37,915 nucleotides of DNA from Lysobacterales bacterium (GCA_035536575.1 DATLNW010000014.1:1-37915); one strand, 5' to 3'. Numbered from the stretch's first letter, positions 1-8,659 are shown. Notes: a model not told the origin generated them from the sequence alone. Made by a program: numbers and translations.

Positions 1-6
1 TTCATC

Positions 7-34
7 CTCATCGAGAGATGAGATTTATTTTTTT
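7..34 (+). terminator. weak hairpin plus T-run upstream of tuf
   Basis: CTCATC-GAGA-GATGAG stem-loop (7-22) followed by ATTTATTTTTTT. Confidence 0.35.
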
Positions 35-49
35 GTAACAAAAACCAAT

Positions 50-1234
50 ATGGCAGACACAAAATTTAACAGAAATAAACCACACGTCAATATCGGAACA
101 ATCGGTCATGTCGATCACGGCAAGACCACTCTCTCAGCTGCAATTGCAACTGTTCTCTCCAAAGCGGGAGGCGGAAAAGCAATGAAGTATGAAGATATCG
201 ATAACGCCCCTGAAGAAAAAGCCCGCGGAGTCACAATTAACATTTCCCATCTTGAATACGAAACAGAAAAGCGCCATTATGCACACATTGATGCACCGGG
301 TCATGCAGACTATGTTAAAAACATGATCACTGGAGCCGCTCAAATGGACGGAGCAATTCTAGTTGTCAGTGCACCGGACGGACCTATGCCCCAAACACGT
401 GAGCACATCCTTCTTGCAAAGCAGGTTGGAGTTCCATCGATTCTCGTTTTTCTTAACAAATGCGATATGGTTCAGGATGAAGAGCTTTTGGATTTGGTTG
501 AGATGGAAGTCCGTGAGCTTCTTAACAAATACGAATACCCAGGAGATGACACACCAATCATAAGAGGATCAGCTCTTAAAGCACTTGAGGGAGATGCAGC
601 GGCCGAAAAAGCAATAACTGACCTTATGAATAAGGTTGATGAGTATATCCCAACTCCTGAGCGCGCACTTGATAAGCCTTTCTTAATGCCTGTTGAGGAT
701 GTTTTCTCAATCAAAGGTCGTGGAACAGTTGTAACTGGAAGAATTGAGCGAGGAGTTGTCAAAGTAAACGAGGCAGTTTCAGTTGTTGGACTTGATAAAA
801 ACAAAGAGTCAGTTGTAACCGGAGTTGAGATGTTTAAAAAACAACTCGATGACGGACAAGCAGGAGACAATGTCGGATTACTCCTCCGCGGTCTTGAAAA
901 GACCGATGTTGAACGCGGACAAGTTATCGCAAAGCCAGGAAGTATTACTCCCCACACAGAATTTGAAGCTGAAGCATATATCCTTACAAAAGAAGAAGGA
1001 GGACGCCACACACCTTTCTTTACAGGATACCGCCCACAGTTCTACATCAGAACAACTGATGTTACCGGAACTGCAACTCTTCCAACAGGTGTTGAAATGG
1101 TAATGCCAGGGGACAACACCAAAATGACAGTCAAACTCATTGTGCCTGTTGCCCTCGAAGAAGGACTCAGATACGCGATAAGAGAAGGTGGAAAGACAGT
1201 TGGAGCCGGAGTTATTACAAAGATAATAAAATAA
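50..1234 (+). CDS. tuf: elongation factor Tu
   Basis: [10 protein letters not shown]-loop, DAPGH and NKCD motifs; full-length 394 aa. Confidence 0.98.
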   Translation: MADTKFNRNKPHVNIGTIGHVDHGKTTLSAAIATVLSKAGGGKAMKYEDIDNAPEEKARGVTINISHLEYETEKRHYAHIDAPGHADYVKNMITGAAQMDGAILVVSAPDGPMPQTREHILLAKQVGVPSILVFLNKCDMVQDEELLDLVEMEVRELLNKYEYPGDDTPIIRGSALKALEGDAAAEKAITDLMNKVDEYIPTPERALDKPFLMPVEDVFSIKGRGTVVTGRIERGVVKVNEAVSVVGLDKNKESVVTGVEMFKKQLDDGQAGDNVGLLLRGLEKTDVERGQVIAKPGSITPHTEFEAEAYILTKEEGGRHTPFFTGYRPQFYIRTTDVTGTATLPTGVEMVMPGDNTKMTVKLIVPVALEEGLRYAIREGGKTVGAGVITKIIK

Positions 1235-1243
1235 GACTTAAAA

Positions 1244-1268
1244 AGAACCCGAGAAATCGGGTTTTTTG
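1244..1268 (+). terminator. rho-independent terminator after tuf
   Basis: AACCCGA-GAAA-TCGGGTT stem followed by TTTTT. Confidence 0.7.
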
Positions 1269-1294
1269 TTCTTTAAAAGTTTGTTAGGAGACAT

Positions 1295-1603
1295 ATGCCA
1301 AAAGGTAGGATAAGAGTCAGATTAAAAAGCTATGATGCACGCGTCTTGGATGCGTGTTGTCAGCAGATTTTGGATTCAGTTATAAGAACCGGTGCCAAAG
1401 TTATTGGTCCAGTTCCTCTTCCGACCGACAGATCTTTATACGCCGTGAACAAATCACCTTTTGTAGATAAGAACGCAAGAGATCACTTTGAAATAAGAGT
1501 TCACAAGAGACTGATAGACATTATGTCACCAACAGACAAGACAATTGACAGTTTGACAAATTTGGCTCTACCAGCAGGAGTTGATGTAGAGTTGAAAATG
1601 TAG
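1295..1603 (+). CDS. rpsJ: 30S ribosomal protein S10
   Basis: IRVRLKSYD...HFEIRVHKRLIDI pattern typical of S10; AGGAGA 6 nt upstream. Confidence 0.97.
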   Translation: MPKGRIRVRLKSYDARVLDACCQQILDSVIRTGAKVIGPVPLPTDRSLYAVNKSPFVDKNARDHFEIRVHKRLIDIMSPTDKTIDSLTNLALPAGVDVELKM

Positions 1604-1728
1604 TTTTACATTTTAATTATAAATGCCCAAACAACAATTAAATATTAAGATGTTGGATCGATTAAAAATGCTTATGCTAAGCCACCCCGATTAGAGGGGA
1701 TCAGATCACAAATAGTGTGAAATATGAT

Positions 1729-1754
1729 GATAGCCTAAGGGCTATCTTTTTTTT
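1729..1754 (+). terminator. intrinsic terminator/attenuator hairpin between rpsJ and rplC
   Basis: GATAGCC-TAAG-GGCTATC perfect 7-bp stem followed by 8 T. Confidence 0.65.
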
Positions 1755-1771
1755 GACGAAATTTTAAAATT

Positions 1772-2731
1772 ATGATAGGTACACTAATAGGGCAAAAATT
1801 AGATCAAGCACAGGACTTTTTGCAAAATGGCAAAAGAGTTCCTGTCACAGAAATCTCAGTTACTGAGAATGTGGTGCTGCAGGTTAAGACTGCTGAGCTA
1901 GATTCTTATGCGGCCCTACAGCTTGGAGTTGGTACAAAAAAGAAACCAACCAAGGCTCTCTTGGGACATGCAAAAAAAGCCGGCGTGGGTATCGCACCTT
2001 TAAAAATAAGAGAAATTTCAGTTGAGGGTACAACTGATGAAGATATGCCTAAAGCAGGTGACTTGATCAGTGTTGATGGAGTTTTCAAACCCGGCGATTT
2101 GGTACAAGTTACCGGAATTTCAAAAGGAAAAGGATTTGCAGGAGGGGTCAAGAGACACGGCTTTAGAGGTGGTCCCAAAACTCACGGTCAATCAGACAGA
2201 CATAGAGCTCCGGGATCAATTGGTCAGGGTACAACACCGGGGAGAGTTTACAAGGGAAAAAGAATGGCTGGTAGAATGGGAACTGAGACCGTTACGGTTA
2301 AAAACCTGACAGTTGTTAATGTTGATAATGAGGCCAAATTGTTGTATGTTTCAGGACTTGTTCCGGGACACAAGAATTCCTGGGTTGTAATTACAAGAAT
2401 TGGTGAGGATAAAAAATTTGTTCCACTCCTTAGCGCTAAGGAGAAAGAAGAGACAAAAGAGCCAGAGGAGACAAAGGTGCAAGTAGCAGCGGATGTTGAT
2501 GTTTCTAAAGAGGATGCAAAGCAAGAAAAGGTTGAAGATGCTTCGGCAAGCTCAGCACAAGGAAAAGTAGAGGCCAAAATAGAGGAGCAAGCCGAAGAAG
2601 TTAAGACAGAGGAAGTTGTAGTTGAAGATTCAACGAAGAATTCTGAAGAAGAGGTAAAAGTTGAAAATAAGCCTGAAGATACACCGGTTGAAGAAGTAAA
2701 AGCTGGCGAGCCGAAGGAGGAAAATGCCTGA
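1772..2731 (+). CDS. rplC: 50S ribosomal protein L3 with about 100-aa E/K-rich C-terminal extension
   Basis: L3 core (GKGFAGGVKRHGFRGGPKTHGQSDRHRAPGSIG); acidic low-complexity tail. Confidence 0.96.
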   Translation: MIGTLIGQKLDQAQDFLQNGKRVPVTEISVTENVVLQVKTAELDSYAALQLGVGTKKKPTKALLGHAKKAGVGIAPLKIREISVEGTTDEDMPKAGDLISVDGVFKPGDLVQVTGISKGKGFAGGVKRHGFRGGPKTHGQSDRHRAPGSIGQGTTPGRVYKGKRMAGRMGTETVTVKNLTVVNVDNEAKLLYVSGLVPGHKNSWVVITRIGEDKKFVPLLSAKEKEETKEPEETKVQVAADVDVSKEDAKQEKVEDASASSAQGKVEAKIEEQAEEVKTEEVVVEDSTKNSEEEVKVENKPEDTPVEEVKAGEPKEENA

Positions 2732-3527
2732 AGTTAAATCAAAGATCAAAAATCAAAGATCAAAAATAATTAAAAAACCAGTTGTTAAGAAAGCCGTAGC
2801 GCTCAAGGTTTCTAAAGCTGTTGTTAAAAAAGAAGTTGCAGTAAAAGCTGTAAAACCTGTTTCGGCATCTGCCAAAACACAAACAGCGAATCTATCAATT
2901 AGCGTTTATGATCTTGCGGGAAAAGTAACAGGAAAAGTGTCCTTAAGTTCAGTAATTTTCGGTGAGCCGGTCAACAAAAAGCTTCTCGCACAAGCTGTAA
3001 GAGTTTATCAGGCAAATAAAAGACAAGGTAATGCATCAACCAAGACAAGAGGTGAAGTTGACGGATCAACGCGTAAAATCTATAGACAAAAAGGAACAGG
3101 AAATGCCAGACATGGTTCAATACGTGCTCCTATTTTTGTAAAAGGAGGAATAGTTCATGGACCACGCCCTCGCGATTTTAACCTGGAACTTCCTAAAAAG
3201 ATGAGAAGAAAAGCATTATTTTCAGCACTTTCAGGAAAATTTGCCGATGGTGAAATAAAAGTATTATCAGGATTTGAAAAAATTGATGCAAAGACAAAAA
3301 GCTTTGCAGCAGTTCTTAAAAACTTAACGCTGGAGAGTAAGAAAAATCAATTACTGTTGGTAACACCGGACAATTTTGAAAGTGTTAAAAGAGGTTCAAA
3401 AAATATTCAAGGCGTAAGTAACACTTCAGCAAATAGACTTAATGCGCTTGAGGTATTGAGAAATAAAAATCTTTTAATCGCAAAAGAGTCACTTGCTGAG
3501 ATGGAAAAACTTTTTTTAAGTAAATAA
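2724..3527 (+). CDS. rplD: 50S ribosomal protein L4 with K-rich N-terminal extension
   Basis: L4 core (TKTRGEVDGSTRKIYRQKGTGNARHGS); AGGAGG upstream; 8-nt overlap with rplC. Confidence 0.96.
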   Translation: MPEVKSKIKNQRSKIIKKPVVKKAVALKVSKAVVKKEVAVKAVKPVSASAKTQTANLSISVYDLAGKVTGKVSLSSVIFGEPVNKKLLAQAVRVYQANKRQGNASTKTRGEVDGSTRKIYRQKGTGNARHGSIRAPIFVKGGIVHGPRPRDFNLELPKKMRRKALFSALSGKFADGEIKVLSGFEKIDAKTKSFAAVLKNLTLESKKNQLLLVTPDNFESVKRGSKNIQGVSNTSANRLNALEVLRNKNLLIAKESLAEMEKLFLSK

Positions 3528-3528
3528 T

Positions 3529-3846
3529 ATGAATCACAACGTAATAATAAAACCAATAGTTACTGAAAAATCAATGCAGGGAAACTTGGGAAAGTACACT
3601 TTTCTGGTTGCAGGATCAGCTACAAAAGCTGAAATTAGAAATGCTTTCAAAACGTCTTTTTCTGTAAATATCGTTTCTATCTCAACTAGCAAGATAAAAG
3701 GTAAAAGAAAAAGGATAGGGGCAAGACGGGTTGAAGTCAATGAAACAGCCACAAAAAAGGCAACAATTCTTTTGAAAAAAGGCGAAAAGCTTTCAATTTT
3801 TGAATCAGGAGAAGACAAAAAAGAGAATAAAAAGAAGTCCCGCTGA
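3529..3846 (+). CDS. rplW: 50S ribosomal protein L23
   Basis: position in operon; IIKPIVTEKS start typical of L23. Confidence 0.95.
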   Translation: MNHNVIIKPIVTEKSMQGNLGKYTFLVAGSATKAEIRNAFKTSFSVNIVSISTSKIKGKRKRIGARRVEVNETATKKATILLKKGEKLSIFESGEDKKENKKKSR

Positions 3847-3940
3847 TAGTGCCGATGATAGTTTTCATACGGCATCCTCGATGGCTTTCGGCCATCGGGA
3901 TTTTCAGTCGGGATCCCGATGGAAAATACCATCGGGAAAA
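3847..3940. repeat. cluster of consecutive short hairpins (CGATGG/CCATCG units), family G
   Basis: CGATGGC-TTTCG-GCCATCG; TCGGGATCCCGA palindrome; CCCGATGG-AAAATA-CCATCGGG. Confidence 0.8.
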
Positions 3941-4707
3941 AAGATAAAATTATGAAGAGTTTAAAAACAATAAAAAAGAAACATTCAGGACGTGATGCAT
4001 CAGGACAGGTTGTTGTCAGACATCAGGGTGGAGCGCACAAGAGATTTCTGAGAAGCATTGATTTCAAAAGAGATAAATTTGGAATTAAGGGAAAGGTTGA
4101 AGCAATAGAATATGATCCGAACAGAACATGTGATATTGCCTTGGTTCATTATACCGACGGGGAGAAGCGATATATTTTGAGTCCCGTTGGACTTAAGATT
4201 AATGCTATAATAGCATCCGGTAAAAACGCTGAAGTTTCTTTGGGTAATTCGCTGACTCTTTCTGAGATGCCCGTTGGATCGATTGTCCACAATATAGAAA
4301 TAACACCTGGAAAGGGCGGACAGATCGCAAGAGGGGCAGGAACTGGGGCAATAGTAACAGCTAAAGAAGGAGATTTTGCTCATCTCAAGCTTCCATCAGG
4401 TGAAATGCGCAAATTCCGACTGGACGCTCAGGCAACAATTGGGCAACTGGGAAATGTTGACTGGAAGAATGAAGTTATTGGAAAAGCAGGCAGAGCCCGC
4501 AATATGGGTAGACGGCCAACTGTTCGGGGAGTTGCTCAGAACCCACGATCTCACCCGCACGGAGGAGGAGAAGGACGATCTGGAATTGGCATGCCGGGTC
4601 CAAAAACATATGCAGGTAGGTCGGCTGTTGGGAACACACGTAAAAAGAAAAAGTATTCAGATAAATATATTCTAAAGCGCAGAAAGACTAAGAGAGGACA
4701 GAAATAA
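3919..4707 (+). CDS. rplB: 50S ribosomal protein L2 (start may be ATG 3952; N-terminus short)
   Basis: RHQGGAHKR, GNxxxLxxxPxGxxVHNIE and [11 protein letters not shown] motifs; ATG 3919 lies inside a hairpin. Confidence 0.95.
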   Translation: MENTIGKKDKIMKSLKTIKKKHSGRDASGQVVVRHQGGAHKRFLRSIDFKRDKFGIKGKVEAIEYDPNRTCDIALVHYTDGEKRYILSPVGLKINAIIASGKNAEVSLGNSLTLSEMPVGSIVHNIEITPGKGGQIARGAGTGAIVTAKEGDFAHLKLPSGEMRKFRLDAQATIGQLGNVDWKNEVIGKAGRARNMGRRPTVRGVAQNPRSHPHGGGEGRSGIGMPGPKTYAGRSAVGNTRKKKKYSDKYILKRRKTKRGQK

Positions 4708-4708
4708 T

Positions 4709-4993
4709 ATGGGAAGAAGTATTAAAAAAGGACCATATATAGACGAAAAATTAATGAAAAAGGTTATGCTGCAAAAAGCCGCCAATAACATGGTGGAGAT
4801 TAAAACATGGGCAAGAGCCTGTCAGATTCCACCGGAATTTGTCGGACACACATTTATGGTTCATAACGGTAAGCATTTTATAAAAGTTCTGGTTTCAGAA
4901 AATATGGTTGGATACAGACTTGGTGAATTCTCACCAACCAGAATGTTTAGAGGTCATGGAAAAGTTGTGTCACGTGAGGTAAGTAAAACCTAG
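4709..4993 (+). CDS. rpsS: 30S ribosomal protein S19
   Basis: GRSIKKGPY...HNGK...GHKLGEF-like pattern. Confidence 0.97.
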   Translation: MGRSIKKGPYIDEKLMKKVMLQKAANNMVEIKTWARACQIPPEFVGHTFMVHNGKHFIKVLVSENMVGYRLGEFSPTRMFRGHGKVVSREVSKT

Positions 4994-5056
4994 GGATTAG
5001 TGGTTAGGGCTTAGTGATTAGTACTAAAACCTAAAACCTAAAACCTAAAACCTAAA
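4994..5056. repeat. family A heptad hairpin, copy A1
   Basis: (NNNTTAG)x4 arm, GTAC centre, (CTAAAAC)x4-5 arm; fills the rpsS-rplV spacer up to the ATG. Confidence 0.85.
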
Positions 5057-5058
5057 TT

Positions 5059-5499
5059 ATGCAAGTTCGAGCAGTAGCAAAATCAGTAAGAATGAGTCCA
5101 AGAAAAATCCGACTAGTCGCGGACGCAGTCCGCGAGCTTTCAATTGAGGATGCGTTCTTGGTACTTGCGGCAACGCCAAACCGGGCAGCAGGACCGATTG
5201 TTAAGACCCTTGAGTCAGCAGTTGCAAATGCGGTGACCAACAATAACCTGGAAAAACAGAATTTGGTAATTGACAGCATCATGGTAAATGAGGGGCAAGC
5301 AATGAAAAGATTTCATCCATCATCCCGTGGTCGGGTGCATCCTTACAAAAAAAGAAGTAGTCACATTACAATCGTTTTGAGCGAAAAAGCTGTCAAGAAG
5401 GCAATCGTCGCAAGAGTTGATGACAAAAAAGCAGAAAAAGAGGATAAGAAGGAAACAGCTTTTATTAAAAAATCAGCAGCTAAAGGAGGTAAAAAATAA
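5059..5499 (+). CDS. rplV: 50S ribosomal protein L22 with K-rich tail
   Basis: RMSPRKIRLVADAVR motif; operon position. Confidence 0.96.
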   Translation: MQVRAVAKSVRMSPRKIRLVADAVRELSIEDAFLVLAATPNRAAGPIVKTLESAVANAVTNNNLEKQNLVIDSIMVNEGQAMKRFHPSSRGRVHPYKKRSSHITIVLSEKAVKKAIVARVDDKKAEKEDKKETAFIKKSAAKGGKK

Positions 5500-6143
5500 T
5501 GGGACAAAAAATTAATCCACATGTAGTAAGACTTGGAACGGTATTTAGCTGGTCAAGCCGTTGGTTTGATGAGAAGAAGTATAAAGAAACCCTTTTTCAG
5601 GACTATACGCTCAGAAAAATGCTTATGGATAAGCTGAGAGCAGCTGGGATTGCCAAGGTTGAGATTGAGAGATCAATTAATAGCTTGAAAATTATTATAT
5701 TTGTTTCACGTCCCGGAATTGTAATCGGACGGGGAGGTTCAGGACTTGAGGATCTTAAGAAAAATATAACAAAGTTTTTCATCAAACAAAAAGGCACAAA
5801 TATGCCAAAACTTGATATCCGCGTTGAGCCCGTAAAAGAACCAAATCTTGATGCATATCTGGTCGCAACAAGCATCTCAGATCAGCTGATAAGACGTCTT
5901 CCTTATAAAAGGGTGCTCAACAGCACGGCTGAGCGGGTTATGGCATCAGGCGCCAAAGGAGTTAAGCTGTTACTAACAGGAAGAATCGCAGGCTCAGAGA
6001 TTGCAAGACGGGAGAAGATACGTCTTGGGACAGTTCCTCTGTCAACAATTAGAGAAAATATCGCTTACTCAAGTTACGCTTGCTTGACCAAAAAAGGATA
6101 CATAGGAATAAAGGTTTGGATCAACAAACCGGAGGAGAAATAA
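5499..6143 (+). CDS. rpsC: 30S ribosomal protein S3
   Basis: MGQKINP start, KH domain GRGG motif; TAATG overlap with rplV. Confidence 0.97.
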   Translation: MGQKINPHVVRLGTVFSWSSRWFDEKKYKETLFQDYTLRKMLMDKLRAAGIAKVEIERSINSLKIIIFVSRPGIVIGRGGSGLEDLKKNITKFFIKQKGTNMPKLDIRVEPVKEPNLDAYLVATSISDQLIRRLPYKRVLNSTAERVMASGAKGVKLLLTGRIAGSEIARREKIRLGTVPLSTIRENIAYSSYACLTKKGYIGIKVWINKPEEK

Positions 6144-6147
6144 AATT

Positions 6148-6561
6148 ATGTTAATGCCAAGAAGACAAAAGTATAGAAAGCAAATGAGAGGATCGATGAA
6201 AGGAAATGCAACCCGGGGCATTAAGCTTTCATTCGGAGACTTTGGATTACAAACCCTTGAAACAGCCTGGATATCGGCACGCCAGATTGAGGCAGGCAGG
6301 CGCGCAATTACCCACTACACCCAAAGAGGAGGGAGAGTCTGGATCAGAGTTTTTCCCGATAAACCGATCAGTAAGAAACCGGCTGAGGTTAGAATGGGTG
6401 GAGGAAAAGGAGATACGCACGAATATGTAGCACCGGTCAAACCGGGAAGAATGCTTTTTGAGATCTCAGGCGTGACACACGAAATTGCAAAAGAAGCTCT
6501 TAGATTGGCAGCGCATAAATTACCGGTCAAAACAAGATTTATATCAAAAACAGATAAATAA
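6148..6561 (+). CDS. rplP: 50S ribosomal protein L16
   Basis: [15 protein letters not shown] start typical of L16. Confidence 0.97.
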   Translation: MLMPRRQKYRKQMRGSMKGNATRGIKLSFGDFGLQTLETAWISARQIEAGRRAITHYTQRGGRVWIRVFPDKPISKKPAEVRMGGGKGDTHEYVAPVKPGRMLFEISGVTHEIAKEALRLAAHKLPVKTRFISKTDK

Positions 6562-6564
6562 AAT

Positions 6565-6951
6565 ATGAAAAATAATATTAAAAAAGAATTACATAATAAA
6601 TCTATATTAGAGCTTAGAGCGCAGTTAAAAGAAGCAAAAGAGGCAAAACGCGTATTGAATCTTGATCATCAGATGGGAAAGCTCAAGAATACCAGCGCGA
6701 TTAATCTAAAAAGAGTCGAGATTGCGGTAATGAGTACGATTATTAATGAAAAATTAGCTGAGGAGAAGCTTGAGCAAGTAGTAAAAGCAGATGATGCTTC
6801 GGCAGGCTCAGGACAAGCAAGCTCAGCACAAGGCAAGAAAGAAGTTTTGACAAAAGAAAAATCAGCGTCAAAAAAGACCGCCTCCGTTCCCGCCAACGCT
6901 AAAGCTGCGGCGGACAAGAAAACTTCGGCGGTCAAAGGAGGTAAAAAATGA
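6565..6951 (+). CDS. rpmC: 50S ribosomal protein L29 with about 60-aa C-terminal extension
   Basis: operon position; ELRAQLKEAKEA helix typical of L29; A/K-rich tail. Confidence 0.9.
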   Translation: MKNNIKKELHNKSILELRAQLKEAKEAKRVLNLDHQMGKLKNTSAINLKRVEIAVMSTIINEKLAEEKLEQVVKADDASAGSGQASSAQGKKEVLTKEKSASKKTASVPANAKAAADKKTSAVKGGKK

Positions 6952-7190
6952 GTAAAGTACTAACAGGAAAAGTTGTTTCACTTAAAATGCAAAACACCGT
7001 ATTGGTTGAGGTTGTTCGTCGGACTCCTCACAAGCTGTATGGAAAGCTTTTGAAGAGAAGTAAAAAATACAAAGTTGATCCAAATGGATTTACACCGATA
7101 TTGGGTAATACGGTTAAAATTGAGGAAACAATACCACTCTCAAAAGACAAGCATTTTAAATTAATTGAGATTGAGGATAAAAAAATATGA
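6948..7190 (+). CDS. rpsQ: 30S ribosomal protein S17
   Basis: [16 protein letters not shown] pattern; ATGA overlap. Confidence 0.96.
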   Translation: MSKVLTGKVVSLKMQNTVLVEVVRRTPHKLYGKLLKRSKKYKVDPNGFTPILGNTVKIEETIPLSKDKHFKLIEIEDKKI

Positions 7191-7561
7191 TTCAGCAAAG
7201 AAGTATATTGGTATCAGCAGATAACTCGGGTGCAAAGCAGCTTATCGTAATACATGTTTACGGTGGGTCAAAGCATAAATTCGCCAGAATTGGAGATGTT
7301 ATTCACTGCGTAGTTAAGGAAGCCAATCCAAATGGTCAGGTCAAGGACAGTGAAATGGTCAAAGCTGTAGTTGTCAGAACCAGAAAAGAATTCAGAAGAG
7401 CTGATGGCTCATATATACGTTTTTCAGACAATGCAGCTGTTGTTATTGATAACGCAAAAGATAAAAACGTCAGGGGAACTAGGATATTCGGACCAATCGC
7501 ACGCGAAGTTAAAGACCGGGGATTTGCAAAGATTGCCAGTATGGCAACTGAAGTACTTTGA
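7187..7561 (+). CDS. rplN: 50S ribosomal protein L14
   Basis: [17 protein letters not shown] start typical of L14. Confidence 0.98.
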   Translation: MIQQRSILVSADNSGAKQLIVIHVYGGSKHKFARIGDVIHCVVKEANPNGQVKDSEMVKAVVVRTRKEFRRADGSYIRFSDNAAVVIDNAKDKNVRGTRIFGPIAREVKDRGFAKIASMATEVL

Positions 7562-7657
7562 TGCGAATTCATGCGAATTGTTAGTGCGAATAGATGCGAA
7601 TAGAAAGAAGTAATTTTTATTTGGATTTATTCGGAGTAAAAATTCGGATACATTAGT
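7560..7657. repeat. family C hairpin, copy C1 (ATGCGAAT units, about 10-nt period)
   Basis: left arm ATGCGAATTC ATGCGAATTG ..GTGCGAATAG ATGCGAATAG; right arm TATTTGGA TTATTCGGA ..AATTCGGA. Confidence 0.8.
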
Positions 7658-7660
7658 ATT

Positions 7661-7966
7661 ATGAAATTAATAAAAGGAGACATCGTAAAAGTAGTAGCAG
7701 GAAAAGATAGCGGTAAAACCGGAAAGATTGAACGCACTTATTCAAAGACAGGAAGAGTTCTTGTTGAGGGAGTAAATCAATATAAAAGACATATTAAAGC
7801 AAAAGCAGCCGGTCAGAAATCAGAAATTATTACCATAACAAAAAGCTTGCCTGTTTCAAATGTTGCCCTTCTATGTCCGAAATGTAAAAAGCAGACAAGG
7901 ATTGGCTATAAGGTCTTAAAAGAAGGAAAGAGCAGGATTTGCAGGAAGTGTAATAAAGAAATATGA
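7661..7966 (+). CDS. rplX: 50S ribosomal protein L24 (CxxC...CxxC zinc-ribbon form)
   Basis: KGDIVKVVAGKDSGKTGKI KOW motif. Confidence 0.96.
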   Translation: MKLIKGDIVKVVAGKDSGKTGKIERTYSKTGRVLVEGVNQYKRHIKAKAAGQKSEIITITKSLPVSNVALLCPKCKKQTRIGYKVLKEGKSRICRKCNKEI

Positions 7967-8541
7967 CAGATTTACAAAAAACATATAAAGAAGAGGCAGT
8001 CGTTAAGCTTCAAAAAAAGCTTAATGTTAAAAACCCGATGAGTGTTCCCAAACTCTCAAAGATTGTTGTTAACATGGGAGTCAAAGACGCCGTTGCTGAC
8101 AAGAAAAACGTTGAGAAGATGAGTGTTGTCCTCTCGCAAATTACAGGGCAAAAGGTCAAGACGACCCGTGCGAAAAAAGCTATTGCGAGTTTTAAGCTCA
8201 GAATTGGCGACCCGATTGGACTTGTTGCTACCTTGCGAGGGGAGCGGATGTATGATTTTTATGATAAGATTGTCAAAATCGTTCTTCCAAGAATCAAAGA
8301 TTTTAGAGGAGTCAGAAGAACCAGTTTTGATAAATCAGGAAATTACACGTTGGGACTTCATGAATACTCAGTATTTCCTGAGATTGATCCGGGAAGTGTT
8401 GAGAGACTTCAGGGTATGGAAATAGTGATTGTAACAACAGCTGATAATACCAATGACGCAATAGCGCTTCTTGAAGAATTGGGAATGCCATTCACCAAAG
8501 ACCTGCCTGCCGGCAGGCAGGAAAAGCTAAAGAGTAATTAA
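7963..8541 (+). CDS. rplE: 50S ribosomal protein L5
   Basis: L5 core (GLHEYSVFPEID); ATGA overlap with rplX. Confidence 0.97.
   Translation: MTDLQKTYKEEAVVKLQKKLNVKNPMSVPKLSKIVVNMGVKDAVADKKNVEKMSVVLSQITGQKVKTTRAKKAIASFKLRIGDPIGLVATLRGERMYDFYDKIVKIVLPRIKDFRGVRRTSFDKSGNYTLGLHEYSVFPEIDPGSVERLQGMEIVIVTTADNTNDAIALLEELGMPFTKDLPAGRQEKLKSN
8502..8521. repeat. perfect 20-nt GC-rich palindrome inside the rplE 3' tail
   Basis: CCTGCCTGCCGGCAGGCAGG, encodes LPAGRQ. Confidence 0.95.
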
Positions 8542-8588
8542 GTAGAATGTATGGTATAATTCAAGGCTAGAAGAAAGTCTTGAGGAAT

Positions 8589-8653
8589 ATCAAAGATTAA
8601 AAATCAAATATTAAAAATATTTTTGATCTTTTATATTTAATTTTTTATATTTT
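8589..8653. repeat. family B AT-rich heptad hairpin, copy B1
   Basis: ATCAAAG ATTAAAA ATCAAAT ATTAAAA / ATATTTT TGATCTT TTATATT TAATTTT; 65 nt identical to B2. Confidence 0.9.
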
Positions 8654-8659
8654 TATAAT

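Noticed and set aside
134-1103. Several ORFs overlapping tuf (134-343 minus, 363-563 plus, 472-1011 minus, 825-1103 plus).
   Set aside because: They lie inside or antisense to a highly conserved EF-Tu gene, have low-complexity translations and have no start context. The same reasoning applies to the other short ORFs nested in r-protein genes, secY, map and rpoA.
1623-1694. 23-codon ORF (MPKQQLNIKMLDRLKMLMLSHPD) in the rpsJ-rplC spacer, considered as a possible leader peptide.
   Set aside because: It has no SD or promoter context, and in AT-rich DNA such ORFs arise by chance. It is kept only as a note under the attenuator hypothesis.
4994-5056. (CTAAAAC)n / (AAACCTA)n tract, considered as telomere-like or CRISPR-like.
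   Set aside because: The unit differs from known telomere repeats (TTTAGGG/TTAGGG types), and the tract is internal and paired with a complementary arm. The 7-14 nt units have no unique spacers, so these are not CRISPR arrays.
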